From: Aureliella sp. | Lineage (GTDB): Bacteria; Planctomycetota; Planctomycetia; Pirellulales; Pirellulaceae | Length of the DNA: 64,000 nucleotides | Reading direction: 5' to 3' | Assembly (NCBI GenBank): GCA_963691875.1 | Contig: OY829846.1 | Location: 2,656,001 to 2,720,000 of the forward strand | In this document: piece by piece, positions 41,560 to 51,072 of the stretch | How the letters are laid out: each line of letters begins with the position of its first letter | Position numbering within the stretch: the stretch's first letter is position 1 | Translations under genes and position numbers: made by a program | The notes under the pieces: model-generated | Told to the model about the DNA's origin: nothing | Databases searched by the model: none | Seen by the model: only the letters and a program-made list of their open reading frames with translations

Positions 41560-42759
41560 ATGCCGGAATTTGCCTACACAGCCCGCGACCTAAGCGGACA
41601 GAAAAAGACTGGAGTGTTGACTGCAAACAGTCAGCACGAGGCCCTGGTCCAATTGGATACGATGGCCCTGATGCCGGTCGAGATCACTACTGCCAATAAT
41701 GCGGCAGCAGTTCGCGGCAAAAAAGTCTCCGGGCAGGTGATGGCGAATGCCTACAATCAGCTGTCTTCGCTGCTCCGTAGTGGAGTTCCGTTGCTGCGGG
41801 CTTTGACAGTCATGAGTCAGCAGGCAACCAAGCCGGCACTGAAGGTTGTACTGGAAGAGGTCAAGACGAAAGTGGAGGATGGAGAGCCACTGCCAGACGT
41901 CATGGCTCGATACCCGCGAGTGTTCAACAACATGGCTGTGAACATGGTGCGAGCTGGGACCGAAGGGGGCTTTCTTGAGGATGCGTTGGAACGTGTCGCA
42001 ACTTTCACCGAACAGCAAGAGGACCTGAAAGGGCGAGCTGCTGGGGCACTGGCTTATCCGATATTTCTAGCCTGCGTGGGAACGGCAGTCGTGTCCGTTT
42101 TGGTCATTTTTTTCGTACCCAAATTTGAGCCGTTGTTTGCGGGACTGAGGGAGCAGGGGCAGCTGCCTTTTGCGACGGACCTATTGCTCGGGTTTAGTGC
42201 ATTTCTACAAAGCTATTGGTTTGTTCCGATTGTCGGGATTGTTTTTTCTTTATTCGCCGCGGTAGCATTCCTGAATACGGAACGCGGTCAGTACACTCTG
42301 GATTACGTCAAAATCAAAGTGCCAATGTTTGGCAAGATTTTCCTCAACTTGGCGGTAGCTCGATTTTGCCGGGTCTTGGGAACTTTGTTGCAGAACGGCG
42401 TGCCGATTTTGAGGTCTTTGGACATTAGCCGCGAAGCGGCAGGCAACCAGATCCTCTCCCATTCCATTGAGAAAGCCAGTGAAAACATCACCGCTGGGGA
42501 AAAACTGGCCACGCCGCTATCGTCCTCTGGGCATTTCCCTAATCAAGTTGTGGAAATGATTTCTGTTGCCGAAGAGTCCAATACGTTGGATAAAGTAATG
42601 GTGCAGATCTCTGATAGTTTGGAAAAAACTACATTTAGACGTCTCGACATGATGGTCCGCCTGCTCGAACCGTTGATGTTGCTCTTGATGGCCGGAATTG
42701 TATTTTTCATCGTTTTAGCACTCATGGTACCGCTACTAAACAGTGCTGGCACGGTTTAA
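41560..42759 (+). CDS. gspF: Type II secretion inner membrane platform protein F
   Basis: QLSSLLRSGVPLLRAL, MVRAGTEGG, ALAYP, LGTLLQNGVPIL, LLEPLM. Confidence 0.93.
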   Translation: MPEFAYTARDLSGQKKTGVLTANSQHEALVQLDTMALMPVEITTANNAAAVRGKKVSGQVMANAYNQLSSLLRSGVPLLRALTVMSQQATKPALKVVLEEVKTKVEDGEPLPDVMARYPRVFNNMAVNMVRAGTEGGFLEDALERVATFTEQQEDLKGRAAGALAYPIFLACVGTAVVSVLVIFFVPKFEPLFAGLREQGQLPFATDLLLGFSAFLQSYWFVPIVGIVFSLFAAVAFLNTERGQYTLDYVKIKVPMFGKIFLNLAVARFCRVLGTLLQNGVPILRSLDISREAAGNQILSHSIEKASENITAGEKLATPLSSSGHFPNQVVEMISVAEESNTLDKVMVQISDSLEKTTFRRLDMMVRLLEPLMLLLMAGIVFFIVLALMVPLLNSAGTV

Positions 42760-42848
42760 GGAAACGGATTCTTAATAGATTCTGTTTGAACACCAATTAA
42801 AGAACACGCTGCCGAACGGGGCAGACTATTGTCACAGGGAGTATTCTG

Positions 42849-43280
42849 ATGCGAAGAGCTATGAGAAGAACATCGAGCCGTCGACTGCTTCGTGCTGCAT
42901 TCACGCTGCTTGAGGTCATGTTGGTATTGGTGATTTTGGCCGCAATCGCGGGTATTGCTGTCGTCAACTTGGGTGGTATTCAGGACAGGGCGAACATTCG
43001 CTTGACCAAGACCACAATTGCAGGTCTGAAGACGGCGATGGAAACCTACAGAATGGAAGTTGGCTCTTACCCAACCCAGCTCAACGACTTGCACGAGCAG
43101 CCTTCCGATTTGGCAGACCCGGACAAGTGGTTGCAACTTCGCAAGGACCCTATTGAGAACGATCCTTGGGGCAACGCATTCACCTACACCAACAGCGGAG
43201 CGGATTTTGAGATCCGTAGCAATGGCCCTGACGGCCAAGCCGGTACGGATGACGATATTTCCAGCAAAAAAGAAGCATAG
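42849..43280 (+). CDS. gspG: Major pseudopilin GspG
   Basis: AFTLLEVMLVL prepilin motif; DPWGNAF; SNGPDGQAGTDDDI. Confidence 0.92.
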   Translation: MRRAMRRTSSRRLLRAAFTLLEVMLVLVILAAIAGIAVVNLGGIQDRANIRLTKTTIAGLKTAMETYRMEVGSYPTQLNDLHEQPSDLADPDKWLQLRKDPIENDPWGNAFTYTNSGADFEIRSNGPDGQAGTDDDISSKKEA

Positions 43281-43302
43281 ACAGAAGTCTTTTGCAGCCA
43301 CC

Positions 43303-43347
43303 AAGCCCCCAGAGTCGCTCGACGGCCCTGGGGCTTTGTTGTGTTTT
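43303..43347 (+). terminator. Stem-loop after gspG (terminator or mRNA stabiliser)
   Basis: AAGCCCC(C)AG...CTGGGGCTT followed by TGTTGTGTTTT. Confidence 0.55.
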
Positions 43348-43379
43348 AGGTCCTCATTAACCGCAGCCGTTCTCAAGTC

Positions 43380-44108
43380 ATGCTAGTCCCAAGTTCAAGT
43401 TTGATAACATGGCGTCAAGCGAGACAAGCTTCTCGTGTTGGCTTCACGTTACTTGAGTTGCTACTGGTGTTGACAATTCTGGTTGCGATCGGCGCGATCG
43501 CGGCACCAAAACTGTCTGATGTCTTGGAGCGTCAAAAACTGAATGGCTCTGCGACTAATCTTCGATTGGCTTGGGATGAGGCGAGGCTAGAGGCAATGCG
43601 AACCGGCCAAGCTCAGGTCTTCGAGTGTGATGTTGGGACAGGCCAGTACACCGTGAAGCCGCTGATATTGCAGTCGGACATCACCAATGCGGGTGCCGGC
43701 GCGACCGTGATGACACAAGCCGGAACAATGGTCGAAACTCAGGAAAACGGCTTTTTCACCGCCCCAGACGCCGCGGCCCCCTCGGCTGATGCACAGACGA
43801 AGAACCTAGAAGAAGCGATCACCTTTGTGAGTTGCTTGGTCTCGAGCGATATGCGTGCGTACAGCGTGGCGCAAGAATCGCAGGCTGCAAACAACTTGGA
43901 AGTTTCGACCAATACGGTAGTTCAGCAAGTCATCTTCTACCCTGATGGCAGCACGAGTACAGCCGAAGTGCAGATTCAGAATGAGCGGGGTGAGATTCGC
44001 GGAATCAGGATGCGAGGTCTTACCGGGCACAGCTCGATCGTGGAGATCAAGAATGTCGCTTCGAGTACGGATTCAGAGTCAGAGAAGGGAACGAGCAATG
44101 GTTCCTAG
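43380..44108 (+). CDS. Minor pseudopilin, GspH-like
   Basis: GFTLLELLLVL; C-terminal IFYPDGSTS and IRMRGLTG. Confidence 0.85.
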   Translation: MLVPSSSLITWRQARQASRVGFTLLELLLVLTILVAIGAIAAPKLSDVLERQKLNGSATNLRLAWDEARLEAMRTGQAQVFECDVGTGQYTVKPLILQSDITNAGAGATVMTQAGTMVETQENGFFTAPDAAAPSADAQTKNLEEAITFVSCLVSSDMRAYSVAQESQAANNLEVSTNTVVQQVIFYPDGSTSTAEVQIQNERGEIRGIRMRGLTGHSSIVEIKNVASSTDSESEKGTSNGS

Positions 44109-44940
44109 ATCCGCACGCAACGCACTTTCACTCTTAGAAGTGATGTTAGCCTTGTCGATTCTCGCCGTCGCCACTGCATACCTTGCTGGAGCAATGGAGC
44201 AGGCTGCAAGCAACGCGATCAAGGCTCAGAAGCTAACGCAAGCTGAGTTGGTGGCGGAGAGCGTCATGAACCAAGTTGTTGCAGGCGTCATACCGGCGGA
44301 TGTCGTCACTTGGACACCTTATGTGAACTCGCGTGGGCAAACCGAGTGGATGTATCAACTGCAGCCAGTCCCGACTGAAATCGAAAGCATGTTAGGATAT
44401 CAAGTTTCGGTGCAGCGGATAGATCCTCAGCTGGGTGTCATCCAGACTCAGTACGATTTGTATACAAATCGATGGATCATTGATCCTGCTCTTGGATTGG
44501 ACACTCCGCCTGAGGAAGAGTACGGCGAAGAAAGCTACGGTAGTTCGAGCTATGGGGCTGGCCAATCTGCTGGAAGTGCAGGAGACGCTTCCGGTGGTGG
44601 CTTTGGTGCAGGCGGTCCTGGTAGTGCAGCAGGCGGCGCGGGTGGAGGCAGCAATGCTGGCGGACGTGGCAACGCAGGTGGCCGAGGTGGAGAGAACGGG
44701 CGTGGTGGCAACGCTCGCACAGGCGGTGGAAACGGAAGAAATGGAGCTGGAGGACGTCCCGCAGGTGGATCCGGCCGTGCTGGCGGTGGCGGACGTCCTG
44801 CAGGCGGCGCCGGAAGAGCTGGTGCAGGTGGTCGCCCTGCTGGTGGCACGGGAAGAACTGGCGGAGGCGGAGGACGCCCCGCTGCAGGTGGTAACTTTGG
44901 TCCTGGCGGTCCAGCATCGGGAAGAGGGGGCGGAAGATAA
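44098..44940 (+). CDS. Minor pseudopilin, GspI-like, with long Gly/Arg-rich tail
   Basis: ALSLLEVMLALSIL; tail of GGRPAGG repeats; start reassigned to MVPR at 44098. Confidence 0.8.
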   Translation: MVPRSARNALSLLEVMLALSILAVATAYLAGAMEQAASNAIKAQKLTQAELVAESVMNQVVAGVIPADVVTWTPYVNSRGQTEWMYQLQPVPTEIESMLGYQVSVQRIDPQLGVIQTQYDLYTNRWIIDPALGLDTPPEEEYGEESYGSSSYGAGQSAGSAGDASGGGFGAGGPGSAAGGAGGGSNAGGRGNAGGRGGENGRGGNARTGGGNGRNGAGGRPAGGSGRAGGGGRPAGGAGRAGAGGRPAGGTGRTGGGGGRPAAGGNFGPGGPASGRGGGR

Positions 44941-46034
44941 TGTCTTTTGCGTCCGCAAAGAATCGCACTAAGGGCTATCGCGGCGGAAGGTGTATGAGCC
45001 GCAGAGCTGGCTTCACGCTGCTCGAGCTGATGTTGTCACTCGGGCTGATCGTGGTGGCAACTGCCCTGATAGGCTTCATAATGCAGATGTACTCCCGAAA
45101 TTTCACGGAGAAGTCTGACGACATTCGGCGTGAGCAACTTGGCCGGGCGATTCTCAATATGATCGCAGCGGATATTCGCGCTCTGGTATTGGAGCAGGAA
45201 TACGACGGTTCGGTTCTCGCCGCGCAACTCGGAGCCGAGCCTGGCGATGGTGAGGCGGGGGCTGCCGCTTCGGGTGGTGGCGATGCGGGACTCGCGAGTG
45301 ACTCTTTAACAGAAGATCCGACACTTGCATCTGATCCCGAAGATCCCAATGCATTGACAGATCCAAACGCCATGTTGACCTCGGACCTGCCGCCAGGAAT
45401 CTACGGTGATCAGTCGACGCTGATGCTGACTGTCAGCCGGATCCCACGTCGAGACGAATACTTGGTTCAGCAAGCTTCCATTCTCACTGGCTCTCTCAGT
45501 GATGCCCCTGGCGACATCAAGACAGTCCAGTACTTCGTCCAAGCCGCGACCATGTCGGGCGTTTCGGATGAGATGGCAATGTTTCAAGCAGATCCGCAAA
45601 ATGCTGTTGCGGCCAGCGGGTTCTCAAGTGGTCTGATCAGACGCGCGTTGGACCGAAGTGTGATGGCGTTTGCCGAAGAACAAGGGAGTTTGGATAGCAT
45701 CCAACGAACGGGTAGTCTCATTGCACCTGAGGTTATATCGATTCAATTCGCCTACTTCGATGGTATCGATGGACAGTGGCTCTACGAGTGGGACTCATCG
45801 CAAGAGTCTTTGCCTTGGCTTGTACAAATCACATTGGCCATGCAGTCGAAGTCAGGTGCGAATGACAACCCGCTTCCGGCGGGTACGCCACTTATGAATC
45901 TGACTTTCGAAGATCAGAAAGCTTACGGACTCGAAGTCTACGAGTTGGTGGTTGCAATCCCTGGCGCGAACCTGGTTGCAGCTGACGCGGCTGCGGCGGA
46001 CGCGGCTGCTGGGATGGAAGCAGTGGGGCTTTAA
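44940..46034 (+). CDS. Minor pseudopilin, GspJ-like
   Basis: GFTLLELMLSL; IAADIRA; IQFAYFDG...WDS...LPWLVQITL. Confidence 0.85.
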   Translation: MSFASAKNRTKGYRGGRCMSRRAGFTLLELMLSLGLIVVATALIGFIMQMYSRNFTEKSDDIRREQLGRAILNMIAADIRALVLEQEYDGSVLAAQLGAEPGDGEAGAAASGGGDAGLASDSLTEDPTLASDPEDPNALTDPNAMLTSDLPPGIYGDQSTLMLTVSRIPRRDEYLVQQASILTGSLSDAPGDIKTVQYFVQAATMSGVSDEMAMFQADPQNAVAASGFSSGLIRRALDRSVMAFAEEQGSLDSIQRTGSLIAPEVISIQFAYFDGIDGQWLYEWDSSQESLPWLVQITLAMQSKSGANDNPLPAGTPLMNLTFEDQKAYGLEVYELVVAIPGANLVAADAAAADAAAGMEAVGL

Positions 46035-46036
46035 CG

Positions 46037-47941
46037 ATGAAACAGAAATCCAATCGCCGTCCCGCCTTCTTGTTGATCTTGGTGCTGGTTGTCATTTCCA
46101 TGGCTTCGTTGGCAGCACTGAATTTTTCTCGGTCCATGTTTGTTTCGTATGCAACGTCGCGACATTCCAATGCTCAGTTACAGGCGCGTTTTTGTGCTGA
46201 GTCTGGAGCCCAGTCTCTTCGTTTGTTCTTGGCGTATCCGAGAGCGACCCGCCTTGAGTACGGAGGCACTTGGAACAACCCGACAATGTTCGGCTCCGTG
46301 AACGTCATGCCCGACTCCGATCCATCTCGGCGAGGTAACTATACGGTTCTGGCCCCGGGCTTGGATGCGTTTGGAAACTACTTTTCGACGCGGCGAGGAC
46401 TACAGAATGAGTCTGCCAAGCTAAATCTAAATGTCCTCTCACAACTCGATGAGCTGGCAGCTTCAGGCGATATGGGCGCCGCCGCTGTGGATGACTCCGC
46501 TGGAGCTGGCGATAGTCCACTTGCGGACGCTGCCTCGTCGCTGGCCAGCGAAAGCACTTCTGCGGTAGCAGGTGACATGGCGATGAACATCTTGCTTTCT
46601 CTGCCCGGCATGACAGAGCTGGTTGCGATGGATATTTTGGATTTCCTCGACGCGGACGATGTGCCACGGGGCGGAGGCTCCTCTGAATTTGATGATTACT
46701 ACAGCCAGCTTCCGACACCTTATCGCCCTCCAAACGGTCCTCTTAACTCGATCGAGCAGCTTTTGATGTGTCGAGGTGTTACACCGCAGATGCTGTTTGG
46801 CTACGACGAGAATCGCAATGGGGTGCTGGATCCAGCGGAGCAAAACTTGATGAACCAGGGTATTCAGCCTGGTGCTGCCCCTGGAAACATGTCCGCCTTA
46901 TCGAGCGATCCCGAAGTTTCACAGCCTCCTCCATTGGGTTGGGCTGCATATCTGACGATTCACTCTGAAGAGAGGAATATTAGTTCTCAAGGTTTACCGC
47001 GAATCAATATCAATTCGGATGACCTTGAGACCCTTTATGCAGATCTGAGTGAAGCCCTCGGAAATGATCTTTGGGCCAGTTTTATCGTCGCCTGCCGGAT
47101 GGCGGGAACCGCTGGTGGTGGGCAGAGTCCGCTTATTCGCCTTGCGACGCTGTCTGCGGCAGATTCCGATCCGGACGGAATGCTCGGCGCAGAGCTTGAG
47201 GCTATTTCGGCGATGACGGCCGCTCCAGAACAAGACTTGAGCAATGCGAAAATCTGGTCGCCAGACTTGCTTGGCGAGTTCGACCTTACCCAGGGTGGCA
47301 AAGTACAATTCAATCAGATTCTCGATCTATTTGATGCGACGGTAACGATAGGGCAGGAAACTTACCTATCTCCGTTTCAATCAGTAGATCTGTTTGGCAT
47401 GGTGAACTCGACACCAATCCTGATGGACAACCTGACGACTGTTGATTCCGAATCCATACCTGGGCGTATCAACATCATGGAATGCCCACAGGAAATCTTA
47501 CGGGGAATCCCTGGCCTGACGGATGAGAAAGTAGACGAGATTTTGGAGGCGCGGGTTGATGGCTCGGAGTCGGAGTCTCGCAATTTCGAAACTTGGTTGG
47601 TCGTCGAGGGTTATTTGACGATGGACGATATGCGAGCGTTGCTGCCACTGATTACATGCGGTGGCGATGTCTTCAAATGCCAGATCGTCGGCTACATGGA
47701 AGGGGACGCTGCATATTCTCGCATGGAAGCCGTAATCAGTGCGGCTGGCGTGCTGCCCGAAATCAGGTTCATCAGGCGACTCGACCATCTGGGGCGTGGA
47801 TTTGATCTCGCAAGTCTCGGTACGCGACCGGACGCGATTTCACCTGGAGCCGGGGTTAGAGCAACCAGTGGGGGCGGAATGCCCGGCGGGGGCGGAATGC
47901 CCGGCAGCGGATCCGCACTACAGCCCGGCGGCATACAGTAG
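46037..47941 (+). CDS. gspK: GspK-like protein
   Basis: LLILVLVVI N-terminus, NESAKLNLN, ILDFLDADD, PPNGPLNSIEQLL, GRININ/GRINI helix-hairpin motifs. Confidence 0.85.
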   Translation: MKQKSNRRPAFLLILVLVVISMASLAALNFSRSMFVSYATSRHSNAQLQARFCAESGAQSLRLFLAYPRATRLEYGGTWNNPTMFGSVNVMPDSDPSRRGNYTVLAPGLDAFGNYFSTRRGLQNESAKLNLNVLSQLDELAASGDMGAAAVDDSAGAGDSPLADAASSLASESTSAVAGDMAMNILLSLPGMTELVAMDILDFLDADDVPRGGGSSEFDDYYSQLPTPYRPPNGPLNSIEQLLMCRGVTPQMLFGYDENRNGVLDPAEQNLMNQGIQPGAAPGNMSALSSDPEVSQPPPLGWAAYLTIHSEERNISSQGLPRININSDDLETLYADLSEALGNDLWASFIVACRMAGTAGGGQSPLIRLATLSAADSDPDGMLGAELEAISAMTAAPEQDLSNAKIWSPDLLGEFDLTQGGKVQFNQILDLFDATVTIGQETYLSPFQSVDLFGMVNSTPILMDNLTTVDSESIPGRINIMECPQEILRGIPGLTDEKVDEILEARVDGSESESRNFETWLVVEGYLTMDDMRALLPLITCGGDVFKCQIVGYMEGDAAYSRMEAVISAAGVLPEIRFIRRLDHLGRGFDLASLGTRPDAISPGAGVRATSGGGMPGGGGMPGSGSALQPGGIQ

Positions 47942-48049
47942 AGCTTTCCCAGTAGATTTCGCGAGCTTGGGCTTCGCGAGTAAACTAGAACTAAGAGATT
48001 TTTTCGGCCATTAGTTTGATGGCAGCAATCGAAGTCGGCAAAAAGAATC

Positions 48050-49801
48050 ATGGCACGACAAACTGTAATTGATTGGCAAAAAGACGGCGTTCTCGTAGCT
48101 GTGGCTAGTGGCAGAGCTGGGCGTATCTCGCTCGACTCGGTCAGCCATCACGAATTGGACTTGGAGCTGGGGGAGTCACATAGTGACGCTCTTTCCAGAG
48201 CCGCTGGGGAGTTAAAGCTGGGCAAAGGAAACGCAACACTGGTTGCTGCGCGTGATTTTGTCGAAGTTCGTACAATCAGCGTTCCCCGTGTCGATGCTGC
48301 TGAGCTCCCTGGAATCATTCGTTTTCAAGCGCAGCGACAACTTGCCAACATGGGCGACAGCTGGACTCTTGACTACGTGATGTTGCCCAGCGACGGGCAA
48401 GAAATGCAAACGGCTCTCGTTGGTGCACTTGCTCCTGAGCACTTAAAGAGGATGGAGGCAGCGTGTACTCGCTGCGGTCTTCAACTTGCTCAAGTAGCGT
48501 TGCGACCAATCGAAATTGCGCGGCACGCGGTTCACGCTTCGTCGATCGGCAATCAAACCGCGTTGATGGTTTGCGTTTCCGAAGGCACTGCTGATCTGAT
48601 CATTGCCCAGGGTGGCAGGGTCATCATGGTCCGCAATACAAACTTGCCTACCGAAGGCGAACACATCGCTGGAGCATTGTCAGGTGAAATTCGGCGTTCG
48701 TTGCTAGCGGCTTCTAGCCAATTAGGTGGCAAGAGTATTGAAAACGCAGTCTTGATGTGCTCTGCCGATTTGGCGCCACAGATCGAACAGGCCGTTGCAG
48801 ATGCAACAGGAATGCCGGTTACGGTCATTGATCTAACAACAGTTTTGCCCGCCGGGCTCGATACTCGAACGACGCTCGCCAACCAACAAGGCAATCGGCT
48901 GGCCGGAATTTGCGGCGCTGCGGCACTAACGACTGCAGATAAGAGTACAACACTTGATTTCAGAAACCCAAAGAAGGCACCTCCAAAGAAAAGTAAGACG
49001 CCGACTTACATCATGCTCGGAGTTGCGGCGACGGTGCTGATCGCTTGCGGTGTCGGCTATTGGATCTACCTAAACAATTCTCTGGACACCGAACTCGCTG
49101 GCTACGAACAAGCAAACAAAGACAAAAAGGCATTGATTGAACTCGCCAACTCAAGGATGAGTCAAGTTTCCGCCGTTGAGGCCTTTGCCAAAGCTTCGCC
49201 AAACTACCTGGATGCTTTGCTGCATATCACTGAAAACGCCCCCGAATCGAAAGAGTTCATGTTGGCGGGCCCGCAATTCACCACTCTGACAGGTGGAGAA
49301 GGCCAAGTACGGATCAATGTTGCTGGCAATTCCTCCGGAAGCATCGGAAAGTTTGAGGAGTCCGTTCGTGACGAAAACTACGAGGTCAAGGCTCGCAACC
49401 CGCGTGAGTCGAGCCGACCAACCAATCTTTACAAATGGGAAGCTACCGAACTCGTGACCATCACCAATCTGGGCTGGAAAGTGCTGGACACTGTCGCGAG
49501 TGTTGGCCAATCCGGGGAAGCTTCAGAGGCAGGAGTGCCTGAAGGTGATGAGGCTCCGTCTTCTGGCGACTTAGAAGATAAAGCTGATAAGAGCACAACA
49601 GCTCAAAACGAGGGACAGCCTGAGAGTTCTCAGCCGCGAGAAGATTCAGTGAGCGAACCGAACTCATCGAACGGCGAAGCTACTCCCGAGCCGAGGGCGT
49701 CGGATGAGGAAGCCGACCAGAAGCCAAGAGCCAAAGATGCCAATGCGGGTAACGACTCGCAGCCTGGCACAGCTGACATTGCAAACCAGGCTGACAACTG
49801 A
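48050..49801 (+). CDS. PilM/GspL-like actin-fold protein with TM segment and PilN-like domain
   Basis: VRTISVP...ELPGIIRFQA...LDY; LSGEIRRSL; LDFRNPKK followed by a TM helix. Confidence 0.75.
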   Translation: MARQTVIDWQKDGVLVAVASGRAGRISLDSVSHHELDLELGESHSDALSRAAGELKLGKGNATLVAARDFVEVRTISVPRVDAAELPGIIRFQAQRQLANMGDSWTLDYVMLPSDGQEMQTALVGALAPEHLKRMEAACTRCGLQLAQVALRPIEIARHAVHASSIGNQTALMVCVSEGTADLIIAQGGRVIMVRNTNLPTEGEHIAGALSGEIRRSLLAASSQLGGKSIENAVLMCSADLAPQIEQAVADATGMPVTVIDLTTVLPAGLDTRTTLANQQGNRLAGICGAAALTTADKSTTLDFRNPKKAPPKKSKTPTYIMLGVAATVLIACGVGYWIYLNNSLDTELAGYEQANKDKKALIELANSRMSQVSAVEAFAKASPNYLDALLHITENAPESKEFMLAGPQFTTLTGGEGQVRINVAGNSSGSIGKFEESVRDENYEVKARNPRESSRPTNLYKWEATELVTITNLGWKVLDTVASVGQSGEASEAGVPEGDEAPSSGDLEDKADKSTTAQNEGQPESSQPREDSVSEPNSSNGEATPEPRASDEEADQKPRAKDANAGNDSQPGTADIANQADN

Positions 49802-49868
49802 GCCATCCAAGCCGATTTCTGCGTCAAGCACCCGAACACCACGTCATCTTGAACTAGACAACATACTC

Positions 49869-51056
49869 ATGTCAAAACGCGAACGCATCCTAGCAATTGC
49901 CGTACTGTCGATCTTTGGATTGATGATTGTCCAATGGGGCTTCAGCCACGTGTCAAAGGTATTGGATGAGAAGAATTCAAAACTAGACGGCGCGATCGCT
50001 GAATCCGAGCGTCTAGATCAAATCACAAGTCGCGGGTTACGGGCTAAAGGAAGGCTCGACAAGCTCGTCAAATTATCACTGCCGCGAGATCAACAGTCCG
50101 CACTGTACCAATATCGAACCTTTCTGGAGTCTCTCAGCGCAGCGGTAGATATGGAGGGAGTCAGTATCGTTACTCCTGAATCGACCGCATTTCAGAACAA
50201 AGCTTTTGACGCTTACAATTTCAGCCTCCAAGGGGACGTGGAACTCGACAAGTCCATCGAGCTGATCGGCCGCTATTACGACAAAAACTACATTCATACG
50301 ATCAAGGAATGTAAGTTCTCGATGCTTGAAAGCGGTAAGGTTCGGGTGAATCTCATTTCACAAGTGATTGCCTTGAAAGCGGCATCCAAGACTCAGGAGC
50401 TTGCAGACCAATCCTCCGGGCGGCTTGCTATGGACATCGAAGAATACAAGTCGCGGATTTTGGCTCGAAATCCTTTTGCTCCACCAAACGCAGCCCCCAA
50501 ACTCGACAAATCATCATTAGAAATACTCGTAGGGAAGTCCCTTTATCATGAGTTTGGTGCCAAGGATCCAGAGGGGCATAACGTCAAGTACAAGCTAGTC
50601 ACCAAGGAAGAGGACATTCCTGAGGGTATTGAAGTGGACAGCAAGGGAATTAGTGGCGTTCCGACGAAGCCAGGTAAAATCGAAATGGAGTTTGAAATAT
50701 CAGACAACGGCTGGCCCTCCGCATCACGAACGCAGAGTTTTGTGATCAACGTGAAGGAAGAAGTGAAGACCGTTACTAAAGAGGAGCCTACTCTCGACTT
50801 GCTCACTCGGACCAAGGTTTCTGGTTTGGTCGCTGGCGGGAGAAGAGGTAGCGAAGTATGGATTCGCTCCCAATTCGAAGACAAAACCCTCCGCCTAATC
50901 GTGGGAGAAGAGTTTGAAATTGGCGGCCTGAAGGGCAAAGTAATCGAGATCCACCCGCAGGAAGACTACGCCCTTTTTGAGACGGACAATGTTAGATGGG
51001 TGGCAAAGATGTACGTCCCATTCTCAGAGGCATATGCCGAAGGATTGGAAGACTAG
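49869..51056 (+). CDS. GspM/PilO-like protein with Ig/cadherin-like domain
   Basis: MSKRERILA plus TM helix, RNPFAP, AKDPEG...ISGVPT...ISDNGWPS. Confidence 0.65.
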   Translation: MSKRERILAIAVLSIFGLMIVQWGFSHVSKVLDEKNSKLDGAIAESERLDQITSRGLRAKGRLDKLVKLSLPRDQQSALYQYRTFLESLSAAVDMEGVSIVTPESTAFQNKAFDAYNFSLQGDVELDKSIELIGRYYDKNYIHTIKECKFSMLESGKVRVNLISQVIALKAASKTQELADQSSGRLAMDIEEYKSRILARNPFAPPNAAPKLDKSSLEILVGKSLYHEFGAKDPEGHNVKYKLVTKEEDIPEGIEVDSKGISGVPTKPGKIEMEFEISDNGWPSASRTQSFVINVKEEVKTVTKEEPTLDLLTRTKVSGLVAGGRRGSEVWIRSQFEDKTLRLIVGEEFEIGGLKGKVIEIHPQEDYALFETDNVRWVAKMYVPFSEAYAEGLED

Positions 51057-51072
51057 CCAGCACACCTCGCGG

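Noticed and set aside
39400..44940. Gly-rich tandem-like repeats as a CRISPR array or VNTR
   Set aside because: Degenerate codon repeats inside coding tails; no constant repeat-spacer structure and no cas genes in the window.
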